A DNA stretch of 64,000 nucleotides from a virus (IMGVR_UViG_3300050343_000255:32001-96000), one strand, 5' to 3'. Positions 26,670 through 39,846 are shown, counted from the stretch's first letter. The notes: generated by a model from the sequence alone, not told the origin. Translations and numbers: made by a program.

Positions 26670-29600
26670 TTAGTTACGTGCACGTGCAGTTTTGAAGGGG
26701 TTAGAAGCAAAAGCGATATATATGTAAGTATTTCCACTGCCATTGTTTCGGCTTGTAGAGCTACGTAACTTAAATCCATTGCTTAAAATATCATACACTA
26801 TTAATTGGTGACACTATCAAACTCAGCGTCACTGGTATGTGGCTGAAGAAGTTTAGAAACACGTTGTCAGGATCACGAATCATTCACTGTCGTGAAGCAT
26901 CCACATCTCAGTCGTATTGGTGCATCTCAAAAGCAAGAATGCAACTTTAAACCCGGTATACACAAACGGACCATCAGTAGGATCCATTTCCAACGTACGA
27001 ACCCATTGCGCTATAGCCTTCGACAGGTGAGAAGCAGTAGGCGATGTTAAATCACCTATGTATCCGTTACTACTTGGAGTCCATGCAGAATCGGTACCAT
27101 TTAACTTAACGTTTGTGGTTGAAGCTAAAGAACTATGTTTAACCATCCATCCTGTGAGTGACACAGCACTTCTGCTTTTTGTAATAACCATTCCAGGTGT
27201 AGCATTCAATCCGTGCGCAACTGTTGCCGTTGTATTTGTACCGGTATAAGTGCAAATACTGAACCCAGCACTTGGGTTGGCACGTACTGTTGATGCGATG
27301 CTTGGGACGTTGGGTACTGATACGCCGGAGTCAACTAAAGTTTTTCCTGCTACTCTAATTCCATAAATTAAAATTCCAGCCGAACCTAAGCCCGCCGAAC
27401 TATCGTGTGAAGATCCACCAAATTGAATTTCATTTATATCAGCAAATGATCCACAATTTATCCAACCACGAGATGATGGTGTATCCGATGCTTTTGTTCC
27501 GTTTACATAAACATCATAAACACCACTAGAACTCCAACAATTTATTTCAAGAGTTCCGGAAAGTGTATAGCTTGTTGTATCCCAGGTGACGTACTGACCA
27601 CCTGCATTATTATTAATATTGTTATCAAAATTGGCATCAAAGCCATAGGATGGAGGTTGAGCCCCGAAGCCGTTTCCAGAAGCAGTCCAGTTATTACTCC
27701 ACGTCTGACTCTGGTCATACAACGAGCTATTTAAACTACCAGCAGCAATCGTTGTGTTGGAAGATCCGGCGTCCCACGCCCATGCTACGTGAGCTTCTCC
27801 AGAAGGATAGTTTGTGCTATTTTGCCCTATATCATCGCCTAATGTAAATCCGTTCGAGTCAAAAGAATTAAATGTACCTGTACCATAACCAGAACCTGAT
27901 GTTGTGTGCTCAGCGTTTGTTCTGTTAGAGGATAGAAATTGATTTGCTCCCCGAACAACATCAAACAATCCGTGCATTTGTGCAGACGACCGATTCTTAA
28001 TCCATACAAACGATGGAGAAAACTTGTAACCTGTTACTGACAAGCTTGATGAGTTACTTGTATATAACTTCGTATCAAAATACTGACTGCCATCCGCAAT
28101 CGTTGGCTCAGGTAAGTTCGCTGTGCAAAGTGACTTGAATCCTGAAATGTTGTTGCTATAGGCAAACGGTCTTTGTCCCCAATTTGAATGTATTTTTTCG
28201 GCGGCCGAAATTCCAACTGCAAAAACGTACGTCCCGGTCAATCCTGTAAAGGCCGCATTGCTTCCCGAATCAGGGTCGCCTGAAGCAAACCATGTTCCAT
28301 TCTTGCCCCACCAGATCTTGCCGTTATCTAAATCAACAGCCATCATTATTTTGTCGTTTAGCGACATCCCAGACCCGTAGCTAGCGTCACTGCTATTCGT
28401 CCGTTTTGCCCCGCTAAAGCAATTTAAAGCATAACTATTAGCAGTCATGCCGACAAAATTATTACTAAAACTTGCAGGATTAAATTGATCGTTGTCTTCC
28501 GGCACCTTTTGGATGCCGATCATCAAACCACCGTTTTGGCTACCAACTGTGTCAAATTCTGCGTACCATTTACCTGAAAACACTGCCATGGTTGATGCAA
28601 TGTTTCTCCAGCCACTTGACCCAGAGCCACTATGAGTGACAGTTAAATTTGCTTGTGAAAAAGTCGGACCTGTAGTTGATAATGGATTCCAAGTGCAGTA
28701 GTTACCAACAACCTCACCGCCCGCTCCAGTGTCTGTCTGCGTGCCATTGGTTGGGGAGTCAACTAGGGAGTCAATTTCTGCGGGATCAGCAACACCATAA
28801 GACGCAATAGTCACTGCGCTTGACATCTGGGTGTATTGAATGAAGCCAAAATAAAGATCACCCGTAGAAGGTAGGGAAAAGGAAGGAGTAGAACTTGTGT
28901 TAGTTGGGTTTCCACCTCCTACCCAAGAGCTTCCATTATGAGTAACCCATGCCTTATGATTCTTTCTATCAATAACCCAGGTAAGGGTGTCAGTTCCTTC
29001 GGGGTTTGTATCACTAAAACCAGTAATACTTCCGCTGCCGTCTGCAACACCATTAGCAGTCGAAAAAGAGCCAATAGTGCCTAAGCTAGCTGTCCCTCCT
29101 CGCTGTCCGATACTATTTGTGCCGCGCCCTTCATTTGGGTGACTACCACTAAGACTAGTGCTGTTGGAGTCGCAAATAAACCAACCACCATTAGTGTCGC
29201 CGCCAGTCCAATATGTCGTAAAGCCATAAACTTTGTTGGTCTGCAGAAGACCACTAAATACGTCGGCATAACCAGCTGCACTCATGGAGGCTGAACCACC
29301 TCCACTGGCTATCGTCCATTCTGAATCGCCTGAAGTCCAAACTGTGCTGCTGTCAGCAATGCCTGCACCAACAGAAAGATTATTAACAGTCCACGTATTG
29401 CTGTTGCCACTTGTGTCCGTACCAAGCGCAGCGTTTGAACTGTTGTCCGCAAAGTCGAGGTGAAAACCGTTTACGCCTGGAGCGAATACAGCTGGTGTGC
29501 CAGTTGGGCTTGCAAACGTACTTCCGTTAGTAGAAAACTGTAAATTTCCGAGAGCCCAACCATCACTCGCAGATACAATCTCAAATGATGTGATATTTGT

Positions 29601-30572
29601 AGAACTGATTGTTTCAGTTCTTACTGCATAACTACTGTTTGTAGTTAAACCAGAATGAGTGACAGTACCATTAACTTTAATATCAAAAACTGCATTTACG
29701 CTATATCCACCACCATTGAACTTTATGTGAGTTACGTTGCTAATAGCCGGTGAAAACTCTACTTTAATTGAACCCGACCCAGTGTTGCTAGTAGAACTAA
29801 ATACGCCAGAGCTACTGTTTATGCCAGCAACAGTTCCGTATACTCCTGTTGAGCTTGTATATACAGCTGGGTATGTAATAGTTGGAGTATAGTTATAGCT
29901 ACCATTAAACTTCTTCGGCTGCCACACACCGTTGTCATCAGTCTCACCAAAATCTGTTGCTGCTAATGCTTGACCATCGATGAAATGTACGTCAGCTAGA
30001 TAAGCATCAAGATATTCAGAATAAGTTGGAATACGCCCAATACTATTTACGACTCCAGACAAATTTACAAGAGTGTCAGTATTTTGTGCTGCTATCGTTG
30101 CACTGCCAGTTCCACCAGCATCGACTTGATTTGTCAATTCACTATTAACATATATCTTGACGCGTTCGGCTGCTGCTGACTTCGTAAAATCTACAGAGAG
30201 TACTAAATGGTACCAAGCTGCGGGATCTCTTATAAATCTTTCGGTGTAAATATCAGTAATTGTACCGCCGTCATACATCTGAAAACAAAGTTTATAGGAT
30301 CTTGATGCTGTGGGATCATCACCCATAAATCTAAATTCTGCATACTTAGACCCATCATCAGCGGAAAAAAGAGCTTGGTCGTTTTTGTCAATATTTGCAA
30401 ATTTTACCCATCCACTCCAAGTCCACGTCTTGCGATTACCTGTAGAACTTGGGGTTCTATTTAAGTACGCAGAATCACCTGAGTTAAACCTAAGACTACG
30501 TTCGATCTCGTAGCCACCTGCGCCTCCTTGTCCAGAGGCACCAGCGAGTATATTGCTTCCTACGAAACTCAT
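26670..30572 (-). CDS. long tail fibre / receptor-binding protein (LamG-like, SPRY-like and C-terminal repeats)
   Basis: IERSLRFNS..RKTWTWSGW, GKWYAE, FDTKLY, FVWIKNRS, ends NPFKTARARN; frameshifts near the 3' end. Confidence 0.85.
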
Positions 30573-31288
30573 GAGTAATTAAGGGTAGCGACGGCTTGAA
30601 TAGAGGTAGAGCTACGTACGATGTAATCGATACGATCTACCTGACTAGCTCCGGTTGAAAGTGTGGGTGCAGTTCCGCCTGCCCAATCCCAATAGGAGCC
30701 CCAACTTGCTGTACGACTTCCTGTTCCATCCTGTGTAATAAAGATTGAACCTGATTGTCCAGCTGTGATATTTGTTGGGTTAGCAATCGTCCGATTGCCT
30801 GCCAGAACTACAACGTAGTTATTTGAATCATTTAGATCTGGGGTAATTGTTGCTCCGTCTGTAAGAGTTGTAATCTCTGCACGTTGTCCTGCAGTCCAAG
30901 TATTTGCAACTGATAGGGATACACCACCAGCAGGGCTACTCCAGGAGAGTACGCCACTACCATTAGTAGTTAGGAACTGACTATTAGTACCTGTGTTATT
31001 CGGGAGAGTTAGTGTATAACTTGCCGCCGCACTATGTGGGGGACCTTTAATCTTTACACCGTGTGAGTTGTTTTCACAATTTAGTGTAATTTGACCGGAG
31101 CCATTTGTTGCATCGCCTTTCGCTACAATCTCTCCATCAAAGTTGACGTCTCCAGTAAATGTAGCTCCTGCAAGCAGTGCGTAGTTACTCAAGCTTCCAC
31201 CTGCTGTAATAGCAGATACCGTCAGTTCTACATCACTTCCACTGTTGTCATAAACTAAGGTATCAACTTTAATTTTCCCGTAAGCCAT
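30569..31288 (-). CDS. tail-fibre adaptor protein (cassette B)
   Basis: CENNSHGVKIKGP, YTLTLP, QDGTGSRT..GTAPTLST motifs. Confidence 0.75.
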   Translation of the reverse strand: MAYGKIKVDTLVYDNSGSDVELTVSAITAGGSLSNYALLAGATFTGDVNFDGEIVAKGDATNGSGQITLNCENNSHGVKIKGPPHSAAASYTLTLPNNTGTNSQFLTTNGSGVLSWSSPAGGVSLSVANTWTAGQRAEITTLTDGATITPDLNDSNNYVVVLAGNRTIANPTNITAGQSGSIFITQDGTGSRTASWGSYWDWAGGTAPTLSTGASQVDRIDYIVRSSTSIQAVATLNYS

Positions 31289-31357
31289 AATTAAATACTA
31301 GGCATCAATTCTCTAAACCTATTGTAGTAGATATTGGTCCTTACTCTACTTATTAAC

Positions 31358-31862
31358 TAAGAAGGATTAGTAGGCCAAGTAATAGTGTGTGGAAAACCTT
31401 CTGCAGTGGGTACGTCACGTAATGCCTGGCGATATGTAACCCAAGTTGCCTTAACAGAATCAGACAGTGGGCAATCAGCTAATTGTGTCCAATCAGATTC
31501 AGCAATGAGCCTGTCTCGTTGAGCACGTACAGACGTTGCAGCTTCTGCATCAATACGTGCTTTGTATGCAACTTCGTTAGCTGCTGCTGTGGTTACAGCA
31601 CCTTCGTCATCTGTAGTGTCGGTAAAAACTGGACCAGCGATGAACTTGGTAAACCACTTGCCATCAACCTCTTCAATACCGTCACGAATACTGACGCCAT
31701 AAGGGCCGTGACAGTTGCTGCTGGACCGTTTAGTACAGCGTCATAGCCAAAGCTATTTAAGACTTCTATCGTGATCTGTTTCGGAAAGCTGGTAGTGGGG
31801 TGTTCAGACTTGAACTGGCTGACAGTAGTGACAGCGCCTGTGGAGCGGTTGCGGATTTCCAT
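31358..31862 (-). CDS. tail-fibre assembly chaperone (frameshifted)
   Basis: ESDWTQLADCPL..WVTYRQALRDVP..FPHTITWP. Confidence 0.75.
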
Positions 31863-31868
31863 GATTAA

Positions 31869-33860
31869 TTAAGCGATTGCGAGGAATAAGTAGGTGCCGC
31901 CACTAGCGTTAATGTCGGCAGAATTGCTGTTAGCAATAAAACCTGAGGAAAGTGGATCAATATAATCAGTGTTTGTTACTTGTGATTCAGCATGGTTTAC
32001 CTTTAAATATGGATCATTGCCACTACTAATTCCTCTTGTTGTGTCGTAAAGAAACCAGTCAGCGGTACTATCAGTGCGTTTAATCAATACAAACCTTGCA
32101 CCATTCGTAAACCCACAGTCAACGTTAATGTCACTACCAGTTCCAGTGTAACTACCTACTTTACTGATGCCGGGTAGGGTTGCAAATAGGTAGGCGACGT
32201 AGCGTTCTCCACTACCATTGGCTTCACTGTCAGATCCAACATAAAAGTTAGACGCAGTGGGTGCTGAGGCACCATTAAATGCAGACCCTGCTGCTACAGC
32301 ACCAGCATCGTCTAAGCGCAATGCTGTACCAGCACCAAAAATACCAGTGTACTGAACCCTCCAAGGATCAATATTATCAAATCTTTTTACTATTAATAGC
32401 TCTGGTGTAACACCTAAATTATGATCTACAGCACGATTGCTGGCTGCATCTCCTTTATACACCACATTATCCATAAAACCTGGGGCACGTTTGAACATCC
32501 AAGCGTAATTAGCTGAATCCACGCCAGTATCTGTTCCAGCTCCATCCATCCGATCAAATGTTACTCTTGTCAATGCGTTGTCACCTGTAGCGTTTGTGCT
32601 ATTTAATTGAAGGTACTTGGATTTACCGGTCAATCTTGCCCTTGCTTGCCAGTTGGATGCAGTAGTATCTCTAGTCCAAATCCAGTCAAGTGGAAAACCT
32701 GAATTATATGTTGGTGGAGTAGGACTTGTACCACCTCTGGTATCAATAGCAAACACTTCCGTCGCAGCTTCCGGCGGCTTATTCGGACGGCGAATTGCCA
32801 TGTAGATGTAGGTGTCGCCGGACGAATTTACAACATCGCTAGATTGACTATCAATTGTAAATCCAGTACTTGTGACGTGGATTCTATACGCAGAAGTTTC
32901 TTGACCTGCGGAATCAAACTCCAACCGAGGTTGATCTAAACCATTAGATGCTGCTCCACGCATAATATCAAACGTCTGCCAACTAGTAGAGCTAGTCGTA
33001 GAATTTTTTATAAAAAACCATTGTGGCTCAAAGCCCACATCAATGGCTTTAGTACCACCATTACCTGTATAGCTTCCACATTTAATAATGCTTTCATCCT
33101 CATCAGTGCCAAACACTGGTTCGTCATGAGCAAAGACGTAGGCGACAAAATCATCATTATCTTTATTTACAGACCCATGATCACCAAGTGTAAAATGCGT
33201 AGAAGTAGCTGTTGTGCTGTTCCAATAATTATTAGTACTTTCTGCTGTTGCAGTACTATTTAACCGCATGTAATGAGTATTGGCAAGCGATCGATGGTAA
33301 ACAGACCAGTCGTAACTGGAATCAAGATTTTTTATAATTATCATCCCAGGCACACTGCCTAAGCTATGTGCAATGGTTTTACCTGCAATACCATCTCCCG
33401 TCCAAGTAACTACATCAAAGAAACCAGGCGCTTTACGAAATGACCAGGAGACGAATTTTTTTCCACTCTGGTTAATAAGATTTGCAGCATCATCCGTAGA
33501 ATTTGATGTAATTGTGAATCCATTAGAATTATATGAGTCTAAATAAGTATCTGACTGACTCCCTTGGCTCGAGTCCGATCGTAATCTACCACCTCCACCT
33601 GCGCTTCCAGCAGAAGCTCCTGTTCTAACATTATCAAATAAACAGTGAAATTCAAGATTAGTGTAAGGTGAAGATAAGGGCTCTCTAGCTTTAAACCAAA
33701 CTAACCCCTTTTCACCAGCTAAATCAAGTCCATTTGTAATTTGCTTGGATAGCCCTGTACCCTCATACAAATACGTACTAAAAACATCATCAACGTAAAC
33801 CTTCTCTCCACCTGCTGCACCTGCTGCAGCTAATACTGTTTGTTGTGTAATAGGATCCAT
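31869..33860 (-). CDS. tail fibre / receptor-binding protein
   Basis: YVDDVFSTYLY, RKAPGFFDVV, IKCGSYTG repeats; ends YLFLAIA. Confidence 0.85.
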   Translation of the reverse strand: MDPITQQTVLAAAGAAGGEKVYVDDVFSTYLYEGTGLSKQITNGLDLAGEKGLVWFKAREPLSSPYTNLEFHCLFDNVRTGASAGSAGGGGRLRSDSSQGSQSDTYLDSYNSNGFTITSNSTDDAANLINQSGKKFVSWSFRKAPGFFDVVTWTGDGIAGKTIAHSLGSVPGMIIIKNLDSSYDWSVYHRSLANTHYMRLNSTATAESTNNYWNSTTATSTHFTLGDHGSVNKDNDDFVAYVFAHDEPVFGTDEDESIIKCGSYTGNGGTKAIDVGFEPQWFFIKNSTTSSTSWQTFDIMRGAASNGLDQPRLEFDSAGQETSAYRIHVTSTGFTIDSQSSDVVNSSGDTYIYMAIRRPNKPPEAATEVFAIDTRGGTSPTPPTYNSGFPLDWIWTRDTTASNWQARARLTGKSKYLQLNSTNATGDNALTRVTFDRMDGAGTDTGVDSANYAWMFKRAPGFMDNVVYKGDAASNRAVDHNLGVTPELLIVKRFDNIDPWRVQYTGIFGAGTALRLDDAGAVAAGSAFNGASAPTASNFYVGSDSEANGSGERYVAYLFATLPGISKVGSYTGTGSDINVDCGFTNGARFVLIKRTDSTADWFLYDTTRGISSGNDPYLKVNHAESQVTNTDYIDPLSSGFIANSNSADINASGGTYLFLAIA

Positions 33861-33861
33861 G

Positions 33862-34338
33862 TCAGTTCACGTAATCAGCAAGGGCAGCGCCGCGATAACG
33901 CGTACCACCATCATCAGTTACAAAAACAAAAAGATGCGTTTTGCCTGCAGTAAGCGTTGGAGCAGTATCAGCAGGAAACTTAACACTATCAGGCCAAGTA
34001 ACAGTGCCTGATGTATGAGTAAGTTCTAAAGTAAAGCTACACGCAGTACCACTTGCAGGAGGGTTAGAGAAGGTAAACGTAGAGTTAGCGCTGATAGTCT
34101 TGGTAAAATAATTACCAGTAGCAAGATCAATATCAAGAGCACCTACTGCTTCTGCTGTTTGCTTGTAAGGACCGTCAACAGCTACTCCTGCATTCAATGT
34201 TTGTAATGCTGTAAAGGTATTTGCACTTCCTGTGCCTGCCGTAGATCCCGCGCCAGCTAGTGCTGATATTGATACAGTTACATCAGTACCACTGTTGTCG
34301 TAGATGAGAGAATCAACTTTTAAATTACCGTAGGCCAT
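33862..34338 (-). CDS. tail-fibre adaptor protein (cassette A)
   Basis: N-terminus homologous to the 31288 gene; GNYFTKTI..TAPTLTAGKTH. Confidence 0.75.
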   Translation of the reverse strand: MAYGNLKVDSLIYDNSGTDVTVSISALAGAGSTAGTGSANTFTALQTLNAGVAVDGPYKQTAEAVGALDIDLATGNYFTKTISANSTFTFSNPPASGTACSFTLELTHTSGTVTWPDSVKFPADTAPTLTAGKTHLFVFVTDDGGTRYRGAALADYVN

Positions 34339-34340
34339 AA

Positions 34341-34896
34341 TTACTTTAGTACAAATAGAAGTGAGTTCGCTCCGACAGAAATAGTTATCGACGGATTGAT
34401 GGCAACTGTCGGTCCCATCATTCCTGCATTTAGGTTTTCACCAATATCTTTATTAGTGATTAATGCTTTAGGTGTCTCTACAATGGTAACTTCTTTTGAA
34501 TCAACGTACTGTTTTGTAGCAGCATGCAAAATTGCTGTGGGATCTCCATTAAGGGTTAGAAACCCTGTCATAGTTCCACCAGTAATTGGTAGACCCTCTG
34601 CACCTCCTCCCTGCCCCAGACTTACCTGAAAGAGTTCTAAAAGTAGAACTCGAAGGAACTGTTAATACAACACCTGAGTTAATTGCAAGAGTTCCAACTG
34701 CACCTGTATTGGTGTTAGCAGGAACTACTTTATTAATAGTAAGTACAGTAGGTGTCTCTAGAAATTGACCCTCAGTTCCAACAGTTGAGGTTCCAAGTGT
34801 TTTCCACTTTTCACCATCATACGTATAGCGAATGCCATTACCTGCAACAAAAAGGTCACCTGCACTGGGATTATTTGGAAACTGAATAGCGGCCAT
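34341..34896 (-). CDS. tail/fibre-associated protein (frameshifted)
   Basis: IQFPNNPS..YTYDGEKW; LHAATKQYVD. Confidence 0.65.
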
Positions 34897-35005
34897 TATT
34901 GCACTCCCTGCAGGTCCATGACATCAACAATGTATCTTTAGTATATCGAAAATTGCTATTCGACTTCTTCTTTGGTTTCGCTTTGATCTTTAACTTGATT
35001 GTTCC

Positions 35006-35152
35006 TTATTCACCTTCACCTTCAAACTCTAATGTGTCTATCAGGCTTTGTACTAGGTTCACACTAAATGCTAGGAGTGTATTGTCACCGCTAGCTCTAG
35101 CTGCACCGAATGAGTTAATAGCAGATATTAGATCTGTTTTTTTGCAAGGCAT
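35006..35152 (-). CDS. small hypothetical protein (48 aa)
   Basis: MPCKKTDLISAINSFGAARASGD..., read manually. Confidence 0.55.
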   Translation of the reverse strand: MPCKKTDLISAINSFGAARASGDNTLLAFSVNLVQSLIDTLEFEGEGE

Positions 35153-35194
35153 TTATATAATTCAGCTATAAAGATTCTACTGTATTTATATTGA

Positions 35195-37640
35195 TCAGAC
35201 TGCAGCCACTGTAAGACTTCCTGCGTTACTCACAGTAATTCTATATCGTGTGCTATCTGGGGATCTAATAATAATCCCAGCACCGTCTCCATTAATTTCA
35301 AGACGATCTCCTGGTGTTGCCGTACCAATTCCTAGATTGCCAGACGTATCCCAGTTAGGACCACCTGTACTTAAGTAGCTCGGAGTAATTGAACCAGTTG
35401 GAATACCACCATTCCAACTTGGATTCCCTTCTACCCATTGTGCAGAGTCTGTATCTACATAGTAAATATAAGTACGTCCCTCATCCGAGTCATACCACTG
35501 ATCACCTTCGTTAGCTGATGTTGGAGCAGCTGTCCCTACAAATGTTTGACGGCTACCAACTGTGATCCAACTTCCATCAGCACGCAGGAATTTCTGTGTA
35601 CCTCCTCCAGAGAAGGGAACTAAACCGTTGTAGTTAGAAGTGAATGTAGGTAGAGCAACACCAGTGCCTGTACTCGATGTAATAGTGGAGCTACTCGTTG
35701 TAAATCCAAGATTAGTTGCTGTACCAGGAGGAGATGCCCATGTTCCGTCTGCTCTTAAATAGTTAACTGATCCACCACCTGATGCTCCAGTAAGTCCTGC
35801 GGCAGTGCTGGTAAATAAAGGAATTGTTGCATCTGTACCTGTATCTGATTCAACAGTACGTGTACCGATGTTATAACTCAGATTAGTCGTACCAGTAAAA
35901 CTTGCGCTGGTATTAATAGAGACATCAGCGGAGCCATCAAAACTTACTGAACCTGTCAGATCTCCTGTTAATGAAATTGTGCGAGCTGTTTCAAGTGTTG
36001 TTGCAGTTGATGCGTTACCGATTAAGGCTGCTGTGATATTACGAGCAGTAAAATCACCCGAACCATCCCGAGAAACAATTGCATTTCCTGAGTTTAAGTT
36101 CGTAGCAGTAGTTGCAGAGTTAGCAACCTTACCTGCTGCAGTAATAGTTGCCAAGTAGGTGTCTACAATTTCAGTTCCCTGCCAGACACCTGTACTGATT
36201 GTCCCTAGTCCAGTGAGGCTTGATCCTGTAATTCCACTTCCTAGTGAAGATGTATTTAATACTTCAGATCCATTAATATAATACGCTTTCCCTGTTGCTA
36301 AATTAAAGTGCTCACTAGACGTCCAGGCATCTGTACTATTCACCCATGACAATGTTTTATCTGTCGAACCTTTAAGAGTAATTCCTCCACCATCGGCAGT
36401 TGTATCCGTTGGTGTACTAACAACACCTAGCTGAATATTTCCATCTTTAATAGTGACGATATTTGCATCTAGTGATACTGTCGAACCTGTGACAGATAAG
36501 ATTACCCGCAACGCTTACATTGCTATCAAACGTGTTCCTATCCCTGTTACATCAAGTGTTCCAGGCACATCAATATTCGATGACCACTCAACATCGTTGC
36601 CAGCGGCATTAGTTTGTAGTAGTTGATATGCATTGCCATCAGCTAATTTACTAACTTGGATTTCAGCTGATCCACTGATGTCAGCATTGACAATACTTCC
36701 ATCAACAATATTTGTAGATGTGACCGTCACATTGTTTGGTAAAGCACCAGCTGCAATATCACTTGGAGATACTCCACCAGCAATGCCAGACGAAGTAATC
36801 GTGATACCTGACGGCAAGCACCTGTCCCGAGTTTGGTTAATGCAATTGCTGCTGATGCATTAATGTCTGCATCAACAATTGTTCCATCAACAATATTTGA
36901 ACTAGATACAGTAATCCCTGTTGGCAAACTACCTGTTGCCAGCTTTGACAATCCAATAGCTGCACTATTACTTACATCTGCATCTTGAATTGTCCCATCA
37001 GCAATCATGGTACTGGTGACAGATCCTGTATCTCCAGTAGATACTAATGTTCCTGTAGTATCTGGCAGAGATAAAGTCCTGTCAGCAGTTGGCTCAATAC
37101 TGTTAAGCGAATCTCATGAGCGTTGGCATTTGCCCCCTCAAAACAACCTTACCGTTGTTGAGATAAACATCTGATGAGTTAAGGTTTACACCTGCATTCA
37201 GGACAAGATTGCCTGTCATTGTGTCGCCGTTAGAATTCACATAGCGATCATCTAATGTCCCACTTTGATGACTAAGATTTGTAGGATCTGGAATTATAGT
37301 TACATCAAATTTTTCAGTACTAGCATCTACCCATTGAGTAGTTGTGCCATTATTGTAGTAGTAGTAAAGTCTATTATCGTCAGTATCAAAATATAGATTT
37401 CCTGCTTCTAATCCTGCAGGAGGTGTTGAAGCTGCTTGAATTGATGCCTCATATCCAGTAAATGATAGGTTATCTTTACCTGCAATTCGTACAATATTCA
37501 CCATTACTATTTTTGATGAAGATAGCAGGATCACTAGCATTAAAGTTAACAGCTAATTCACCATCCAGCATGTTAGGAGCTGTTGGTTGTTTTGCTGAAC
37601 TACTGTCTAATACATTAGAGTGCTTTAATTGAATCTTCAT
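35195..37640 (-). CDS. proximal tail fibre (multiple frameshifts)
   Basis: MKIQLK..LDGELAVN start; IVDGTIVDADI repeats; ADGGGITLKG; LETARTISLTGD. Confidence 0.75.
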
Positions 37641-37677
37641 CGAAAACGCCCTAGACTATCTTCTTGATATATCTATT

Positions 37678-37911
37678 TTAACTGTATCTGTTAATTGGAC
37701 TTTCTTCCTCAAACATCTTTGCTAAGTTTGAATGGATCTGATCTTGCAAGACTTTGCCTAGCATGTGTTGATATGTCATTAATAACTTAGTTGTATCTTT
37801 CAGACTATTTTGTAGTACCCCAACGTCTTTGCATGACTCAATGTCATCAGTAATTACTCGTAGTGTTAATACCTTTTCAAGTGGAAGCTGATAATCTTCT
37901 GACTTAAACAT
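37678..37911 (-). CDS. small helical protein, weak NblA-like pattern
   Basis: LPLEKVLTLRVI..IE..L...LLM. Confidence 0.5.
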   Translation of the reverse strand: MFKSEDYQLPLEKVLTLRVITDDIESCKDVGVLQNSLKDTTKLLMTYQHMLGKVLQDQIHSNLAKMFEEESPINRYS

Positions 37912-37955
37912 AAGAATCTATACGCAACTCTTATTTCTCACGATAACGTATATCT

Positions 37956-39846
37956 TTATTGTTTGCCTTCAAATACTATATATGCTGTCTTGGTTGGATC
38001 TAAGTTAAGACCTCTAGATAATGCAAATACAATTTCTGATATTGAGATACCAGTACGTCTATACGAACGATCAAAGTTGTCATAACTCTCTTGTATTTCT
38101 TTAGCTAGTTTTTCTTCAAACCCTTCTCTTGCTTCTAATGTTGGATATTTATTCGGCTCGATTACTTTTATGTCTTCATTGAACATTGTTGCAATTGTAT
38201 GCTTGCAAAGCTTGAAGCTTAATCGATGAGATTCTGATTCCCAACTACTGACTTTACCTGCTGCTAATGATTGTCCTGCAATTCCATAGTCATCTTGTCC
38301 CTGTGCAGTAGGCAATGGATATCTTTTTTGCCTATTTGTTTTTCTTGTATCCTCATTCTGATTTGCTTGAGGCATACTCAACATAGACTGTGAATGGTTT
38401 GGACAGCTGCATGAGTACATGTCTGCTGGAAGTAACGTAGCACCAACAGTAAATACTTCATCCATCCATGGATTTACATCTGTATCTAAGTTTGTCCACT
38501 TAGTATCAGTTGTAGTATGACTTAGTAAAACTGTTGTCTGAGAATACTAATGTAGTCCCATTTGTTAGATCTGGATATAAATTGATCTCTGAAAAATATG
38601 GTTGAGCTTCAAATATAAAATTACCGTTTACAATATCTGACTTTTGTACTACAAAAGGCAAGATCGAATAAGAAATATCTTGTACTTTTGGTGATATGAA
38701 ATCACCAGTTATATAGATTCCAGGAAAAAACTTTTGATAATCAGACTTTCTAAATATGTATGATCCATCAATTGTAATAGATGCATTAGTCGTGCTAAAT
38801 ACTGTTGGCAGTGCAGTTAGATCTAGCATCGCTGGAGGCAGTGCGTTCACACCTTGATCTAGTCCAACCAATGTTTGACTTGTTTCTGTCTCTCGCATTG
38901 AAAATTCAAAGAAGCGATCATCATCTGTGTAAGCTGAACTATCAAGTGATGCAATTGACTTTTCAATAAAAAGTTGTCTACATAAATTACTTTGCCATCA
39001 AGCAAACTGGGATTGCTCAAGATATCTACTGAGCTTGTTCAGGCTTGTCTTTATAGTTGATACCTTGGTTTGGTACAAAACTTCCTGTATTATCACTAAC
39101 AATTACATCTGCAATTGGTATGCTTACGTTTACAGTTGTTTTACTTTGAGTAAAACTTACTATCTTTTCTAATTCTGTCGATAACGTTTTGCCTTTATAT
39201 AAACTTGGTAAACCCTCTGATGTCAATACTCTTTTTAATGTTGCTTCAGTTTTACCATTTTGAGATAGTGGTCCATCAGCTATCCTGTCACCAATCATTT
39301 GAGGAAGTAAGTCTCTATTAGTAGTGTCTGGATTTATAGTTACATATATTTCTCCGTTTGCTTTGTTTGTTGGATAACAAGTGGATCGTTTTGAATACTG
39401 ACAATTGTTCCTAACGATTTTGCTTCTGTGATTTTTTAACAACGTAATACGTATTGGTATCAGCATTGGCTGTGGGATACTCATATCCTGTGTAGGTATT
39501 ATCAATCTCGTACGGCTTTCCTTTGTATAGTGTTGAATTAATTATTGCATCTTTAAATGGTTTGTTGGTGACTGACTTTGGTAAGACCTGGATCGTAGCT
39601 AGTATCTTTGACTTTTAGATTTTCCCATGCAGCACGATTATAAATTTCAAAGCCTTTTCTCCACTTCACCCAATCACTATCTAGGTTCCATTTTTCAATA
39701 ACAGTACGTTGCACAATGGATCCGTACTGACGATTACCTGGATAATATCCAGCAGCGCCAGTACCTTTACCTTTATCTAATCGTCCAAAGCCTTTAAATG
39801 CAAATGACTCTGAACTACCAAAGCCGTTCTGCTTTCTTGGCATCAA
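37956..39846 (-). CDS. large late protein with C-terminal SWIM-type Zn finger (frameshifted)
   Basis: YSCSCPNH...LCKHTIA; four consecutive same-strand ORF fragments. Confidence 0.55.

Noticed and set aside
26670-37640. Diversity-generating retroelement or invertible fibre switch
   Set aside because: No reverse transcriptase, TR/VR pair or invertase seen
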